This document shows positions 28,034 to 42,559 of a DNA stretch of 64,000 nt, one piece after another. The translations under genes and the position numbers were made by a program. Every line of letters begins with the position of its first letter. Within the stretch, counting starts at the first letter, position 1. The notes under the pieces were generated by a model. The model was not told where the DNA came from, searched no databases, and saw nothing but the letters and a program-made list of their open reading frames with translations. Where the stretch lies: assembly GCF_902652985.1 (NCBI RefSeq), contig NC_047023.1, positions 20,150,001 to 20,214,000 of the forward strand, read 5' to 3'. The stretch comes from Pecten maximus (lineage: Eukaryota).

Positions 28034-28836
28034 TAGGACAATTTTGATCAACATCCAAGGCAACAGTCAGGGTCTTTATGTTCCATTTTTACTTGTTTGT
28101 TTTCCTCTATCTGCTTGTGCTTGAACATTCATCCTAATATCACCCTGACCACGGAAAATCCTGATCTGTGACTGGAATTATTCAAAGGTTTAAATGCAGT
28201 GTGGCAAATGCATTTTAACAGTACTGAGACGTCTTTTATAAAAATGTAACTGACAGAAAACGAATTGCTACATGTTAATTGCATACGTTGTTTCTAATTT
28301 GAAAGTGGCACGTATCTGCAACGCATTTCTACGATAAATAGAGCATATTTAGTAACTAAAGTGTATATATACTAAAAACAGAGTGTATAGGGTAACAACC
28401 ATGTATTTCTACTAGGTAAACAGAGTATAACTAGTAATTACAATGTATTTCTACTAGGTAAACAGAATATATCTAGTAACTACAATATATTTTCCTTGGT
28501 AAACAATTACAATGTATTTTTCCAGCTAAACTGATTATGTCCAGTAGCTAAAATGTATTTCTTCTAGCTAAACAGAGTATTTCTACTAGCTGAACAGAGT
28601 ATTATGGAATAATTAGACGAATAGACGTAACAGCCGGAAAATTATTGGCATCGCTTCACGGCCATGAACAATGCATCCCGACACATCAAATTTGATCTTT
28701 ACCCAATTGTAAACGATAGTTTCTTTAGTAAGGTTATATATTGTCTATTAACTAGATTGTATTGTACCATAAACAGAGTATATCCAGTAACTACAAAGTA
28801 TTCTAATGTAAACAGAGTTTACCATGTTTAGATTAG

Positions 28837-29065
28837 GAGCCGCGGTGGCCGAGTGGTTAAGGTATCCCGACATTTTAATCACTAGCCCTCCACCTATGGG
28901 CTGCGAGTGCGAAACCCCAGTGAGGCAGTTGCTTGATACTTACTGTAGGCAGGTGATTTTTCTCCGCGTACTCTGGCTTTCCTCCCTTTCCAAAACCTGG
29001 CAAGTCTTTAAATCACCAAGGCTTTTAATAGGACGCTGAACAAAATAAACCAAAAAATAAACCAA
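28837..29065 (+). mobile_element. tRNA-derived SINE with V-domain, full length, with ~16-bp TSD
   Basis: A box gtggccgagtggttaagg, degenerate B box gagtgcgaaacc, V-like tttttctccgcgtactctggctttcctcc, (aaacc)-type tail. TSD accatgtttagattag at 28821-28836 and 29066-29081. Confidence 0.88.
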
Positions 29066-29129
29066 ACCATGTTTAGATTAGATAATTATAACCTGGTGGA
29101 GTCACATGACTCTATCTTCTAGGTATACT

Positions 29130-30850
29130 CAATAAAACCCGATAGTGTCACGTGGCCATCTATTAGTTATATACAACAAACAAAGTATATAAAACCTGGT
29201 AGTGTCACGTGGCCATCTATTAGTTATATACAACAAACAGAGTATATAAAACCTGGTAGTGTCACGTGGTCATCTTTTAGTTATATACAACAAACAGAGT
29301 AAATAAAACCAGGTAGTGTCACGTGGCCATCTATTTGTTATATACAACAAACAGAGTATATAAAACCTGGTAGTGTCACATGGCTATGTATTAGTTATAT
29401 ACAACAAACAGAGTATATAAAACCTGGTAGTGTCACGTGGTCATCTATTAGTTATATACAACAAACAGAGTATATAAAACCTGGTAGTGTCAAGTGGCCA
29501 TCTATTAGTTATATACAACAAACAGAGTATATAAAACCTGGTAGTGTCACGTGGCCATCTATTAGTGATATACAACAGAGTATATAAAACCTAACAGTGT
29601 CACGTGTCTATCTATCAGTTATAAACAACAAACAGAGTATATAAAACCTAATAGTGTCACGTGTCTATCTATTAGTTATATACAACAAACAGAGTATATA
29701 AAACCTAACAGTGTCACGTGTCTATCTATTAGTTATATACAACATATAGAGTATATAAAACCTGGTAGTGTCACGTGTCTATCTATTACTTATAACAACA
29801 TATAGAGTATATAAAACCTGGTGGTGTCACGTGTCTATCTATTAGTTATAACAACATATAGAGTATATAAAACCTGGTGGTGTCACATGTCTATCTATTA
29901 GTTATAACAACATATAGAGTATATAAAACCTGGTGGTGTCACGTGTCTATCTATTAGTTATAACAACATATAGAGTATATAAAACCTGGTGGTGTCACGT
30001 GTCTATCTATTAATTATAACAACATATATAGTATATAAAACCTGGTAGTGTCACGTGTCTATCTATTAGTTATAACAACATATAGAGTATATAAAACCTG
30101 GTGTTGTCACGTGTCTATCTATTAATTATAACAACATATAGAGTATATAAAACCTGGTGGTGTCACGTGTCTATCTATTAGTTATAACAACATATAGAGT
30201 ATATAAAACCTGGTAGTGTCACGTGTCTATCTATTAGTTATAACAACATATATAGTATATAAAACCTGGTGGTGTCACGTGTCTATCTATTAGTTATAAC
30301 AACATATAGAGTATATAAAACCTAGTGGTACCACGCGTCTATCTATTTGTTATAACAACATATATAGTATATAAAACCTGGTAGTGTCACGTGTCTATCT
30401 ATTAGTTATAACAACATATAGAGTATATAAAACCTGGTGTTGTCACGTGTCTATCTATTAATTATAACAACATATAGAGTATATAAAACCTGGTGGTGTC
30501 ACGTGTCTATCTATTAGTTATAACAACAAATAGAGTATATAAAACCTGGTGGTGTCACGTGTCTATCTATTAGTTATAACAACATATAGAGTATATAAAA
30601 CCTGGTGGTGTCACGTGTCTATCTATTAGTTATAACAACATATAGAGTATATAAAACCTGGTGGTGTCACACGTCTATCTATTTGTTATAACAACATATA
30701 GAGTATATAAAATCTGGTGGTGTCACGTGTCTATCTATCAGTTATTCACGACATATAGAGTAAATATAACTTGGTAGTGTCACGTGACTCAATCTACTAT
30801 TTATACACAGAGTACAGAGTAAATATAGCCCGGTATTGACACGTGAACGT
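29130..30850. repeat. 56-57-bp satellite array, ~30 copies
   Basis: Unit aaacctggtagtgtcacgtgtctatctattagttataacaacatatagagtatata; degenerate relatives at 28340-28820. Confidence 0.97.
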
Positions 30851-33800
30851 TCAGTAGATGAAAATACTAATTTTACGAACTATTGGTCGACAAAACTAGT
30901 GATCTGTCAATGATACCTCAGGTCCCTATATCCCTAATTGATATACTTGGTGTTAAAACTCAATAGAAATTAAATTTAAAGGTAAAAACAATATATACAC
31001 GGTGGATGTATATATTCACAGCCACACATTATCAAATAAAGTAATTCTGTCAGTTTCTTAAAAATAATAGGTTTCTTGATAATTGAGCGAATTAAGGAAA
31101 CACATCATTAGTTTGCTTCCCGGAATCTGGAATTCAACGATGCATAAAGATACCATATGATCTGGGATTTCCGGAAATACATGTGCAGAAGGTGGAATCC
31201 ACTGCATGACACATGCACGATATACTAAACATCTCCGTGTGTCTATCAAATCATATTACGATTGAGAAGAGTGTGCATCGCTTCGGCACATACAAACTGC
31301 ACATGGTACTGCAAGGCCGAGTGGGCACTCACAGCAGAAGGTGTTCAGGCAGCTTTGTTTTAAAACTGTGTAGCCTTCTGGTAAAAGTATCAGTTATTTA
31401 TAATTAAAATTCCATGAAAACAATACTCTTATAGAAATGTGGTTTGTGTCTATTAGCGTGAAATTGAGAGTTTCGAGCTGTTTTGATAAGTTTTACTTTA
31501 AAGACATTTTAAGTAGAACCCTTGCTATGTTTCAGTATAATGAGATAAAATGTTATCAGTTTTCGAGACAGTATTACCATGTTTCAATCAGTCTGATTAG
31601 CGTGGATGAAAAGACTTTAATGCAGGGAAACCCAGAGTAACTGGTAAAAACCCCACGTGGTCGGACCGATATAATTTCAGTCTAACTAAGCAGGCTGTTT
31701 AATGTCAGTTTTGACACATCCAATGTCGACTACACATGGGTGAATATATATCACATTTTTAATTAAAAATAAGTTACCTCTCGACTTAATCAATATCAAA
31801 CCAAAATTAATTCCTTTCATCGACAGTGTTATATAACATGTTAAAATATAAAGTAAGTCTGTTGAAAACACATGTAGATATGCTCAGAATACACAAACAC
31901 CAAAATGTGTTGTGTACAAGTATCAATGCACACTGGTAATTGTTTACTAACAATTTGACGGACTTTTCACTCATATGACACTCACTAAGCTTTATATTTT
32001 CAAAAGTTCTAGCTTGTTGATTTGTTCACCATATGGTTGGATAGTGTTACCAATAAAGGACAATACAGTACAGTACTAGATTTAAGCTTTGGTTGTTCTT
32101 TTGATATCAAAGTACTGAAAGTGTTGATAGATTCTCAAAAAATTCCAATCTAAAAACTCTCAAAAAAACACAAACAAAAAAACTGTGACCTTGTAAAATG
32201 CCCAAGGTCATTTACTTGAAAAATCTTCTATATAAAATATCAAGACTCGACACTTTGTAGAATTTAAGAGGATATTTTGTTTAAAAATCTGTTACTCAAA
32301 AATAGCACTCTGATTCCTGGAAAATTCATAGTTTATTTTTACAAATTAAAAAAAAAAAAAAAAAAAAATTGTCGATATTTCTGACGATAGCAATTGATCA
32401 CGGTATGATACTGACACAATATTTTTGTCTTGGATCCCTTGTCCTTTAATTTATTTCAGATATTTCATAACCTTTGACCTTGAATGTGGTCAAGGTCATT
32501 CATTTTGATAAACTTGATAGCCAATTACCTAGGCATCCTACATTTCGAATATCACAACACTATACCTTGATGTATTAAAAAAGAAGCCTTGTTTAAAGTA
32601 TGTTAACCAAAATACGGTTCGGAACTTTGAACCTTTACCGAATCCCTTTTACGATATTAAGACGTCATACACATTTGGTATAAGAATAGACCAAAAACAA
32701 TAAGTCTTTTCACTAAATGATGAAAAGTTCTCATGACCACTTGAAATATTTTGCAATGAGGAGTGTTATCTGAGCTAAGGATTTAAGCGGAGTGATAACA
32801 GTTTTACAGTGGATGTCCTGTTGACGTGAACGTCCAAAATACTTCCTTGTATTAATTTTTCTGTAGTACCTACAGGGATTTCCTCTTTAGTGTTTTATCT
32901 TTAAATGTAAAGGATGATTCGTGTTTACTATAAACTTCAGCATATATTCAGGGAATATTTAATATGGCTTGTATTCATCGCTAAATCCTTACACTCCTAT
33001 CCGACTAAACAACAACTGGGTGGTCTGACCTAGACAAATATGATAAATTTGGGACAGTTCTGCAACAGGGTTAATCATGGATGATCTATCATAAGTTTAT
33101 GAAGGTGAATTTATGATATTCCCAGTTTATAGTAATGAAAGAAGATGGTGACAAGAATTTCTGGCGTCAAGGTTACACACGTAACGCATTACATAGGCGA
33201 GTTGGGCAAGCGATATACCTCTTTATGACATATTTATATCTGTAAAAGGATTTTATGGCAGAGAAACTCTAATTTATTGATATTTGGCAATATAAATACA
33301 TCTTGACTTCCGGATGGTTAAGCAATCTGCATACACATTTAAACGTCTAAATACCGTAAGGTATTTTTATATGTCCCGAACATAAGTATCTAATTAACCG
33401 AACGAGTTTCCCCGCTTGTGGCACGTTAAAGTCTATACAAAAATACAACACAATGGTTAGCTCGTCAGCAACTTTGAAAGTTTTATGATTTCTCATTGTG
33501 GTAAATATATATTCTTTAGCGTGTGCTCAGCGGGAGATGCAGCCAACCCCGCACGCACGACAGATCAAGCTATGTAGGTAGAGATGTTTTTTATCGTAGA
33601 AAATGATTAGATACCATGTGATTGGTTAGCTTAAAACAACAATTTAAGTCCCTCTTTTGTCACAATTGTCGGAAGAACGCAAATCACACAACGATTTATG
33701 TGTCTCGTGCTGACCTAACAAACTCACTTCTCCAACATCGCAAAGCATATGCCAAGACACTCAATGTTCAAGATGTCTGTTTGAAACAAGGATCTGATTC

Positions 33801-35206
33801 GTTTACGGAGTATATAATCAAAAATGTCCTTCTACATGGATCGGTGATGTAAGACTATACAGAAAATCCTAAGGGCGATTATTACTGAAGAGAATATCTT
33901 AAATTAAGGTTTACTGAAACAGTTATCAAAATATCTTATCAGCGGTAATCTCGTAAGGTTTATCAACTTATATATGCTTATCAATACATCTTCATTACTC
34001 ATAGTAGTCATCCATCATATCAATCAACCACGAGAACATGTGATCCGCGGAGGAGGGATACTAACGTTTCTGACGCATCAAAGGGACACGGATATATTAT
34101 CGGGCCCTTTATATAAGTAATTAAGACACGCATGTTATATGTTTATAGACGATGGAAGGGAAACAGCAGCATAGTAGACACACTAAAGTCTAAAAAACCG
34201 TATGAAAACAAGACAAAACCATCATATATGTTTTAGTTGTACAGCTAGTAATGAGAAAGTATATAAAAGTAATACTGTATAGAACATATACTCATATATT
34301 TTTATTTGAGGAAACTAGATTGTTAGGGGTTGACCCCGGGGATTCTCGACTCTGAGAGCCTCCTCTGAGTTCCGACTGGAAACAATAAAACTGGTTTTGT
34401 TTTAGGTATTAAATTTCAGTTACAGCTTGTTTTGATTAATGCATTTCTGTTCATTATAGAGATTTGGGAAACATAAAACCTGATAACACACACAAAGCAA
34501 AATACAGCTTTTAATTGGGCACTAGAAGAAAACCAGTAACGATAATGGTAGGTGATTCCCCTTACAACAGAACAAAACTCTAACAATACAAACATCATTC
34601 CAGTAACATTAATCACAGAAGACAAATACCTACTTGAGGCATGCTGCGTTGATGGAATAGAAACTGATGAACTGATCTCTGTACCATCTTAATGAAACCA
34701 CGTTCATGCCCAAATAATTTACCTCAGTATTTTTGTGTCAGGCTCCTTTAGCGTTGACTTGACATATTTCGTTAATCTGCCAAAACAATCGGAACCACAT
34801 GCGGTGACTATTGACTGACATGTTGGTAGTTCATCACACCAGATTTTGTTTTTATAGCATACCTGAGTCAAACATCTGGACACACTTTAAACAGCACACA
34901 TGCATCAGCAGCGTACTTTAACTTACTGAAAATGAAAATAAACCACAGTCCTGAGTCATAAATCATAATCAAATTCAATAAACATTTTGACCCTTAACAT
35001 TTATATTTTATATATCAAAAGTGTGTACAGATATTACAGTGTTTTTTTTCCAAAGGAGACTGAAGACTCACCCCAGCTGATATATTGCATTAAACAAGTC
35101 ATGTCCAAGAAGGTACGGACATTTTGTTTGTGAATTAATAAAGAAATATCATACATATTAATCAACCTCTACAAAAAGACGTTAAAACAATAGAAACTAT
35201 GGTAGA

Positions 35207-35490
35207 AGTTTATGTTTGCTAGGTTTATATCCTGTCCACAGCCAGGGTTAAGCTTGAAGCGGGTTTCCTCGTAGTAGTTGGTGATTACCTAACTGAACAG
35301 CATACGGAGGATCCGTCACACGCCATCTAGAGCAAATCATATAAAGTGTCTCACCCTATGACACAGCCACGACAGCACAGACCTGTCAATTCTCAGATTT
35401 CCGAGAAACACAAACCGAGGCGGGTATAGAGGGTCGAACCACGCACCTCGGACCTGCATCTTAGGTGACATGGCCGGAGCTGTACCTGAG
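35207..35490 (-). mobile_element. Degenerate tRNA-derived SINE with CORE-like domain
   Basis: Minus strand: B-box-like ggttcgaccc, CORE-like gtgtcatagggtgagacacttt, and a 3' ccctggctgtggacaggatataaacc tail shared with the V-SINE. Confidence 0.55.
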
Positions 35491-36939
35491 CTTTTAATGA
35501 CATTCATATCGCCTAATCATCGTGCGTATAACGCGTTATACATTAAAAAATATCAATAACCTATCTATACAATTGATAGAAAATAATTTCAAGATGTCAT
35601 AATCATCATAATAATAAAAATTTGTAAATCAATTTTTACTTCTGAGTAACGTAAAAACAAAAATGACATTTATGTAATTAAACAGAAGTTGTTGATGCGC
35701 CCACACCTTATTGGGGGAGGTCGTTTGGTTTATTTCACTATAAAACCCAGTGTATATATTTACATCTCCGCTCTGTGACATGTATGGACTTTGACAGTGT
35801 TGAAACATTGCACGCCTATTCATGGTAGCTTCCATGTTTATCTAAACATATTTTCCCATTTAAAAGCCGTTTTCAATTACATTCCCGCCAGATTTGCAGA
35901 CATATGTTCAACCTCGAATCGGTAAAACCAAGATGAAAAACAAAATTTGGTACTGATGTCACTGGTCTGTGAGGAAGGGCTGGAATGGGGTGTAGACACC
36001 AAGGTCTATAAAAAGCATGCCGCACACGCCGCGCCGTTGGCGTGATTCATTCAAGAAATAGTGTTACTATGGTAAACATGATAGTAAACAGAATGGGCTT
36101 AAAATTCAGCAACATCGGTCAAAGGATATGCTTGGGCGTGGATGTGTAAAACATTCCCGAATCACCAGATCACTGATTGAATCACCGACGATTCTGTCAT
36201 ACATCACATTTACACCCGTCAATAAATATTTATGTAATACATTTCTATCTATATATACAAAACCTTGCAACTGATATCTACATTATGTAACTATTTATAA
36301 AATCTTTAATATCTACATTCTGACTCATGTTACGATGTAGCTTATGAAAAAAATGATTTCAATACACAAGAGATCTAAGATCAATAGAATTGTCTAATTG
36401 ATCTTATTAAGGTTCATAACAATTATCCGAAAATAAATAGGCGTACATATGTTTGATTTCTAAAAAAATCATGTTTTTGATTGGGTTGTTCCATTTGAAT
36501 ATTAATAATTCACTCCAAAACATACATTTTAACAAGAAATACCGCATCTGTATTTCTTAGTAAAATTAGTACAATTTCTACAGAGTTCAATAAAATGCCA
36601 TAAAATGATAATTACCATTTTAAAAAGATAAAATGTAAAATATTATAAAATATCAAAGTGACGTCATTTGTTATTTATACAATATAGTTATAATCTGACA
36701 CGGTTGATATGTCACTGAGTGGATGTGTATCAATTGACTGTTATCATAATCAGCCACAGCTGTGGATAATGGCAGGTAGCCACATGATTCTAATAATAGA
36801 TGGAAACATAACACATCATATGCAGTTTTTGTTAAATTATCATTTTGGCAACATACGTTTCTGGGGCAATTCTTTCAATGCACGTGTCCTACATGTATAT
36901 GTAAAGAATGTTTGTCTGTTCATAGAACCCGGAAGAAAC

Positions 36940-37460
36940 CTACAGGAAAACAAATACACACACAAATCTTAACACAAAAAGGTGAATATGTACTCATTAA
37001 AAGCCCAATAAAAAATATACACACGCTCGGATCTTAACACAAAAAAGTGAATATGTACTCGTAAAAACCAAAGGGAAACATATACACTCACGAACCTGAA
37101 TAAAAAACTGTATGTACTCATAAAAAAAAACAAAGAAAAAAAATTCACACATGGATCTTAACACAAACTCATACACACATGGACCTTAATAAAAAAAAAG
37201 TTGATATATACTCATAAAAAAACAAAGAAAAAAAATTCACACACGGATCTTAACGCAAACTCATACACACACGGACCTTAATATAAAAGCAATTATATAC
37301 TCATAAAAACAAAGGGAAACACATACACACACTAACCTTATTAAAAAAGTGAATATGTACTCATAAAAAACAAAGGAAAACAAATTTTCACACTTGGATC
37401 TTAACACAAACACATACATACACGGACCTTAACACAAAACGTAAATATGTACTCATGAAA
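36940..37460. repeat. Degenerate A-rich tandem repeat (~60-65-bp units)
   Basis: Recurrent ggatcttaacacaaa / atatgtactcataaaaaacaaag. Confidence 0.7.
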
Positions 37461-39196
37461 GACCAATGGACAAAATCAGAGTCGTCTAGATAGGAACAGA
37501 GAAAGTTAGTATATACAATAAAAAAGGATATAAGATACACGAACAAATAAACATTCCGGATCAACAAGATAGAGACAAAGGAATGACAATTCAGAAACAA
37601 GTGACAAAAGAAGAACAATGACAATTGATAATATGTACCAATAAAACCAGAAATGAAACAACATAGAAAACAGACGAAAAAGGAAGGAATGTGTTTCTAC
37701 TGGTGAATTTGTTAAGGTTGACACACACAACATCAATTTCAGCTTTGTATTGCAAACATAATATTTGTTAAGGGCAAATATATTTTTTTAAATGTTATAT
37801 CAAGTATAATTTTACATGTATATGTATACCTAAAACAGAATGTAGTCAACAATGTAAAATATCATGTACGAGTGTGCCGACTGAATTCATACTCTGTTTG
37901 ACTCCGTGATAATTATACATGGATGACTATCATCACACTTAAAAACATTTTAGTATAATGTATCTATTCATCATTATGAATTATGTGAATTATTAAAATT
38001 AAAGCCATTTTACCAAAAGAAATTATTTCATTATGTACAAAAAATATGTACATTTTTACGACATTGTATCATGATTTCAGCGAGAAAATAACATGAGACA
38101 CGGAAATAAGCAATACATGCCGAAATCAAAACTGGGTTTGTAATTATTAAAACTGTATTGACGTTTGATATAAGTTACCAATATCTGATTTGCGTCATTA
38201 TCTTACCGTAATACCCAACATTGAACATTTAAAACTCACGTGTTTTTCTTAATTCCTTACCTAATTACTCTTGTTGAAACTTTGTCGGCTTTCGTAAGAG
38301 AACTATTTCGTGTGTCTGTTTATATTAGTATGAGAATTTCTTTTCATGCCATTTACACAGCCCTCCATTATAACAAAAGTATACTGACATGTTTGTTTGC
38401 TTGGTTATATAATTACCTAATCAAGACTAGAAGACACGATTTGGCTCGTTAAGAAGTTACAGTAAGTGACAGTACTGACGACTAATTACACAACAACTCA
38501 CTGATAATTGTTTCAATATGGACTCGGATTCTTGCGGTCGAAGCATACAGTTCAAGCATGTATGTTATTCGGTATAGATTTACTGCGTCTAAATATAACA
38601 ACAATGATTCCTTTCATATTATGGACATTTCCCACAAAACAGCATTGTTTTAGTCTTTATAAAGATACATTATACATATTTTAATTTCCCGTGGACAGTT
38701 CAATGTTCATTGCTGTATAAATGTGTGCCGGCGAGACAGGACAGACATCTACCACATGAAAGAAAACAGTGTTGTAAATATGGGTCACCGCTTCACGAGC
38801 ATTTTACAACTCAAGTGCTGCCGTTTCCGTTCTAGACCCTATAACGCAATCTACACAGTTCTTTATTTTTGTCTCCAACACAATTGTGACGTAAATTGCT
38901 TACTCTATATGCAAATCAACAGTTCACGCGGAGATGCTGACCCGAACACGATCCTAATAAGGACTGCAGTGTACCACGCAAACACATCATGGCATGAGCA
39001 TTCACGCGTTTTGTAAACAAAGAGGCGTGTTTGACCTTTGACATCCCCTTATTTGGCGTCTAATTTCCGGAATGCAGAAACAATCTTTTGATCGCAATTT
39101 TTGAATGCCTGTTGTATTTATAGATATGAAATAGTGTTCATCTATTCATATCCCATCCCATATTACTCACTGGAAGCTAATTATTTGTCCATCAGG

Positions 39197-39204
39197 TATA
39201 TAAG
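39197..39204 (+). promoter_or_regulatory. TATA box of gene C
   Basis: TATATAAG, conserved in the duplicate at 47952-47959. Confidence 0.65.
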
Positions 39205-39341
39205 TATCACTGAATCCAATCTTCCTCACATCAGCGATCGTCTCAGCCACCAGCTCATCTGCTCTATTACATCGCACTAGACATTTGACACGCTGCTAGA
39301 GCCTACTATATCATTGTCACCATACGCAAAGGATAGCGAAA

Positions 39342-41523
39342 ATGTTTATTCCATTTTTTATTTTATCATTGGTAAGTAAAAAGATTTTAGATAAATACTT
39401 TTTTGGGATATAACGGCATTATTTATGATATCATCTAATGATATTGAAAAACATGAAGCAATGATAGGAATGTAAACTAATGTCCTATATTGATTTTAAA
39501 TAATTTCTCGATATACAAGTCCTTAATAATGTGCTCAATATAAATTCTTAAATATCTGGGTAAATATTATATATATTTTTACCTAGAATAAGTGTATTTT
39601 TATCACCTGATTGTTTTGAATAACATATATTATTCATAGTTTCGTTATATTTTCAGATATCTGTTGCTGTTGCTGCTCCACTGGCTACAGAAGAACCAGT
39701 CGACGTTTTAAAATGTAAGTTTGATCTATAATTATATTGAGTGTAGCTTAAATTATATAGAAATTTGTCTTATTGTCATTTACACGAAAATATTCTTACT
39801 TTAAAGATAGATACCGTTATATGATGTTTACAAATTAACTTATCTATTTCATTTGTATTTCAGTTTGCCATGGGAAGCCTGCCGATATTTTCTTTCTACT
39901 AGATAGCTCCTCAAGCATATGGATCGTACACTACCGGAAACAACTCAAGTTCATACAGGACCTTGTCGCAACCTTCCCTATCTCCCAGACCGACACAAGA
40001 ATTGGTGTTGGTATATTCTCCCACCTTTACCAGACGCAAATATCATTCGGAGATTTTGATAACGTGGATGACCTTCAAAACAGGATAAAAAGAATACCTC
40101 ATATGTTGGGAAGCACTTACACAGGACGAGCATTAGGAAAGGTCCGGAATGAGTTTGTCAGGAAGGCCAGGCCAGGTGTGGCACACGTTGCTGTGATCCT
40201 CACCGACGGGGTGTCAAGAAACGTGATCTCGACCTTTAACCAAGCTCGACTCCTAAAGGACCAAGGGGTTTACGTGTTCGCAATAGGGATTGGCAAAGGA
40301 CCAAATATGAAAGAGCTTCAAGCCATTGGAAGCGAACCTAGTGATGAGTTCGTCTTCAAAGTTGCAAGTTTCAACATACTGGAATCTATCAAGGACAAAC
40401 TTGCCATGAAAGTCTGTAGAGGTGAGGAAATCTTCTTTAAAATAATTCTATGACATTTATATCAAATGGTAACTATGATCGTATTCATGTGATTAAAAAC
40501 TAAAATATTCAATATTGTGAAGTCTTCCGTCAAACATCGAATTTAAAACATCACCGGGATTTCAATTTTCGTTTACATTTTTTGGGGGAATAACTGAGTG
40601 TGTGTTTTTAATACAAACAATATTTTTGATATTTTTTGTTGTAGTTCCCAAATATCAAGCCTATTGTAGCGCAGAAGTAGAGACTGATGTGATGTTCGCC
40701 TATGATTTTGCATCCATGGGAACAAAGAATGTGCGACATGCACATAACTTCATTAGTGACGTTGTGGGGAAATTTGGAAACATGGCCGAAGGGATGGTAA
40801 GAGCAGGGATGCTTTCTGGATTTTGTGAAAACAGTCGAATTGACCTCAACCAGTACAATAATAAAAGGAGATGTCCAGCGCTGTCCGTAACACCGAGGTT
40901 AGAGGTCTGGACAACATCGTTGAAGAACTCCATCGCAACAGTTACAACATATCCAGGGGAGGACGGGGAAACGCAAGAAAAATGGCCGTTCTTTTTGTGG
41001 ATGACTCTGTAGAAAAATTCGATCAACTTATTGTTCAGTCGGAAATAGCGAAGACCGCAGGGATCAAAGTGTATGTTGTGGGCGTTGGGAACGTTGATGA
41101 GGAAATCCTGAGTACCATCTGCTCAAGTCCTCCAGAAAACCACCTGATGCGAGTATCCTCATATAATGACCTAGATTCTATTGCAGAGCAATACTCCGAA
41201 ATGTTCTGTGAAGGTGAGCACTTTATATAATGTCGATTGTCTTACGCTTGCTCACAAGCAGCCTGTAGTTTGATATAGGACTGCTTGTTTAAATTTTCTT
41301 CTTAGGAAGAAAAGGAATAATATGTCAGTTCTGTGCACGCTTCAAAATTAAATATATATAATATATTATATAAATAATGTATATGATCAGAAAAATGCAC
41401 TTTAACTTCCTACAAATGTTGATCAGAGACTTTTATTATACAAACTTGTTGTATGTTGATATCAAAAAGTAAGGTTTTTATTTTTGTATTTCAGAAATGT
41501 CCGTTTTACCCGACTATGAATAA
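39342..41523 (+). CDS. Gene C: secreted double-vWA protein (~414 aa if the 1-nt frameshift at ~40863-40870 is repaired), 5 exons
   Basis: Exons 39342-39371, 39657-39714, 39864-40421, 40645-41213 (569 nt, one short), 41495-41523. Signal peptide MFIPFFILSLISVAVA-AP. vWA1 DIFFLLDSSSSIW..LTDG, vWA2 degenerate DVMFAYDFASMG. Confidence 0.85.
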
Positions 41524-42559
41524 CCTGATCACACAAGAAAAGGGAATAAATGAACTTATCACGCAAAGTTCCACCACTTGAACATCAACAATGGGCGGAA
41601 TAGCATATCAGTACTGGACTTTATTGACTATCGGCATAGGGTTAAAAAGGATATTAGAACTAGACGGTACTGGCTATCGGCATAGATATAAATAAGGATA
41701 GAAGAACTGCACGCTAGTGGTCATCGGCATCAGACAGAATAGGATATATCAGTACTGGGACTGTAAAGGCTATCGGCAAAGGATTGAAAAGGATATAAGT
41801 ACTGGACAGTACTGGCTATCGGTATAGGACTGAGTATGATATATCTGAATGAGATATAGGAACTTGACGGTACTGGTCATTGGCAGTGGCGGGAATAGGA
41901 TAGCAGAACATCATTTAATGTGCAAACTGAACATCGGAACTTGGCGAAATAGGACATTGTCACTTGACAATACCTGAACATCTTTAATGGACAGTAATGT
42001 ATTGGAGTTTTAAACTTTGTGGTCATTGTTGTATGATTGAAGATATTTGGTTTATAACTCGGTACCAGTGTTTTATCAAGACAACGAAACGACGAATACT
42101 TATTTATCTCGATGTGAAAGGAAATTAACTTGAATTCAATAGCTATGAATACAGAGTCTCAATAGCGAAGAGAAACTTGATTAATTAGTATCATTGCTAC
42201 ATCATATCAGTCGTTGTAAGTCATTATAATTAATGCCTATACACAAAGGAAGACAGGAAGTCGCGTTGAAATGTTATTCATTAAGGCAGGTATTATGAAG
42301 TACAACGCCTTGCTAATTCATCATTATTGAAGCATGAAATGTTAAAACATTCTATTTATTACCACATTGTATCAACAATGCAACACATATTTTACTATTT
42401 AAGTATGTACAAATTTATACGGACTTGTTAAACTATACATTTGTTATATTATTGTTTTTTATATATTAAATAAAATATTGACCAAACTGTGTGTTATTTT
42501 GATATAAGGCGATGACGGATTCCCTTAGAGTGAGCGCAAGAATAAATGAAGCGTGTCCA

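Noticed and set aside
28837-28925. tRNA-like sequence
   Set aside because: SINE head with a degenerate B box, followed by a V-domain and tail and bounded by a TSD
29130-30850. Regular arrays resembling CRISPR (also 19760-20270 and 46052-46367)
   Set aside because: Head-to-tail repeats with no unique spacers, no cas genes, and a eukaryotic context
32100-32720. Possible Helitron/Helentron-associated repeat remnant (tgaccttg...caaggtca motifs)
   Set aside because: Too degenerate to define boundaries or family by eye
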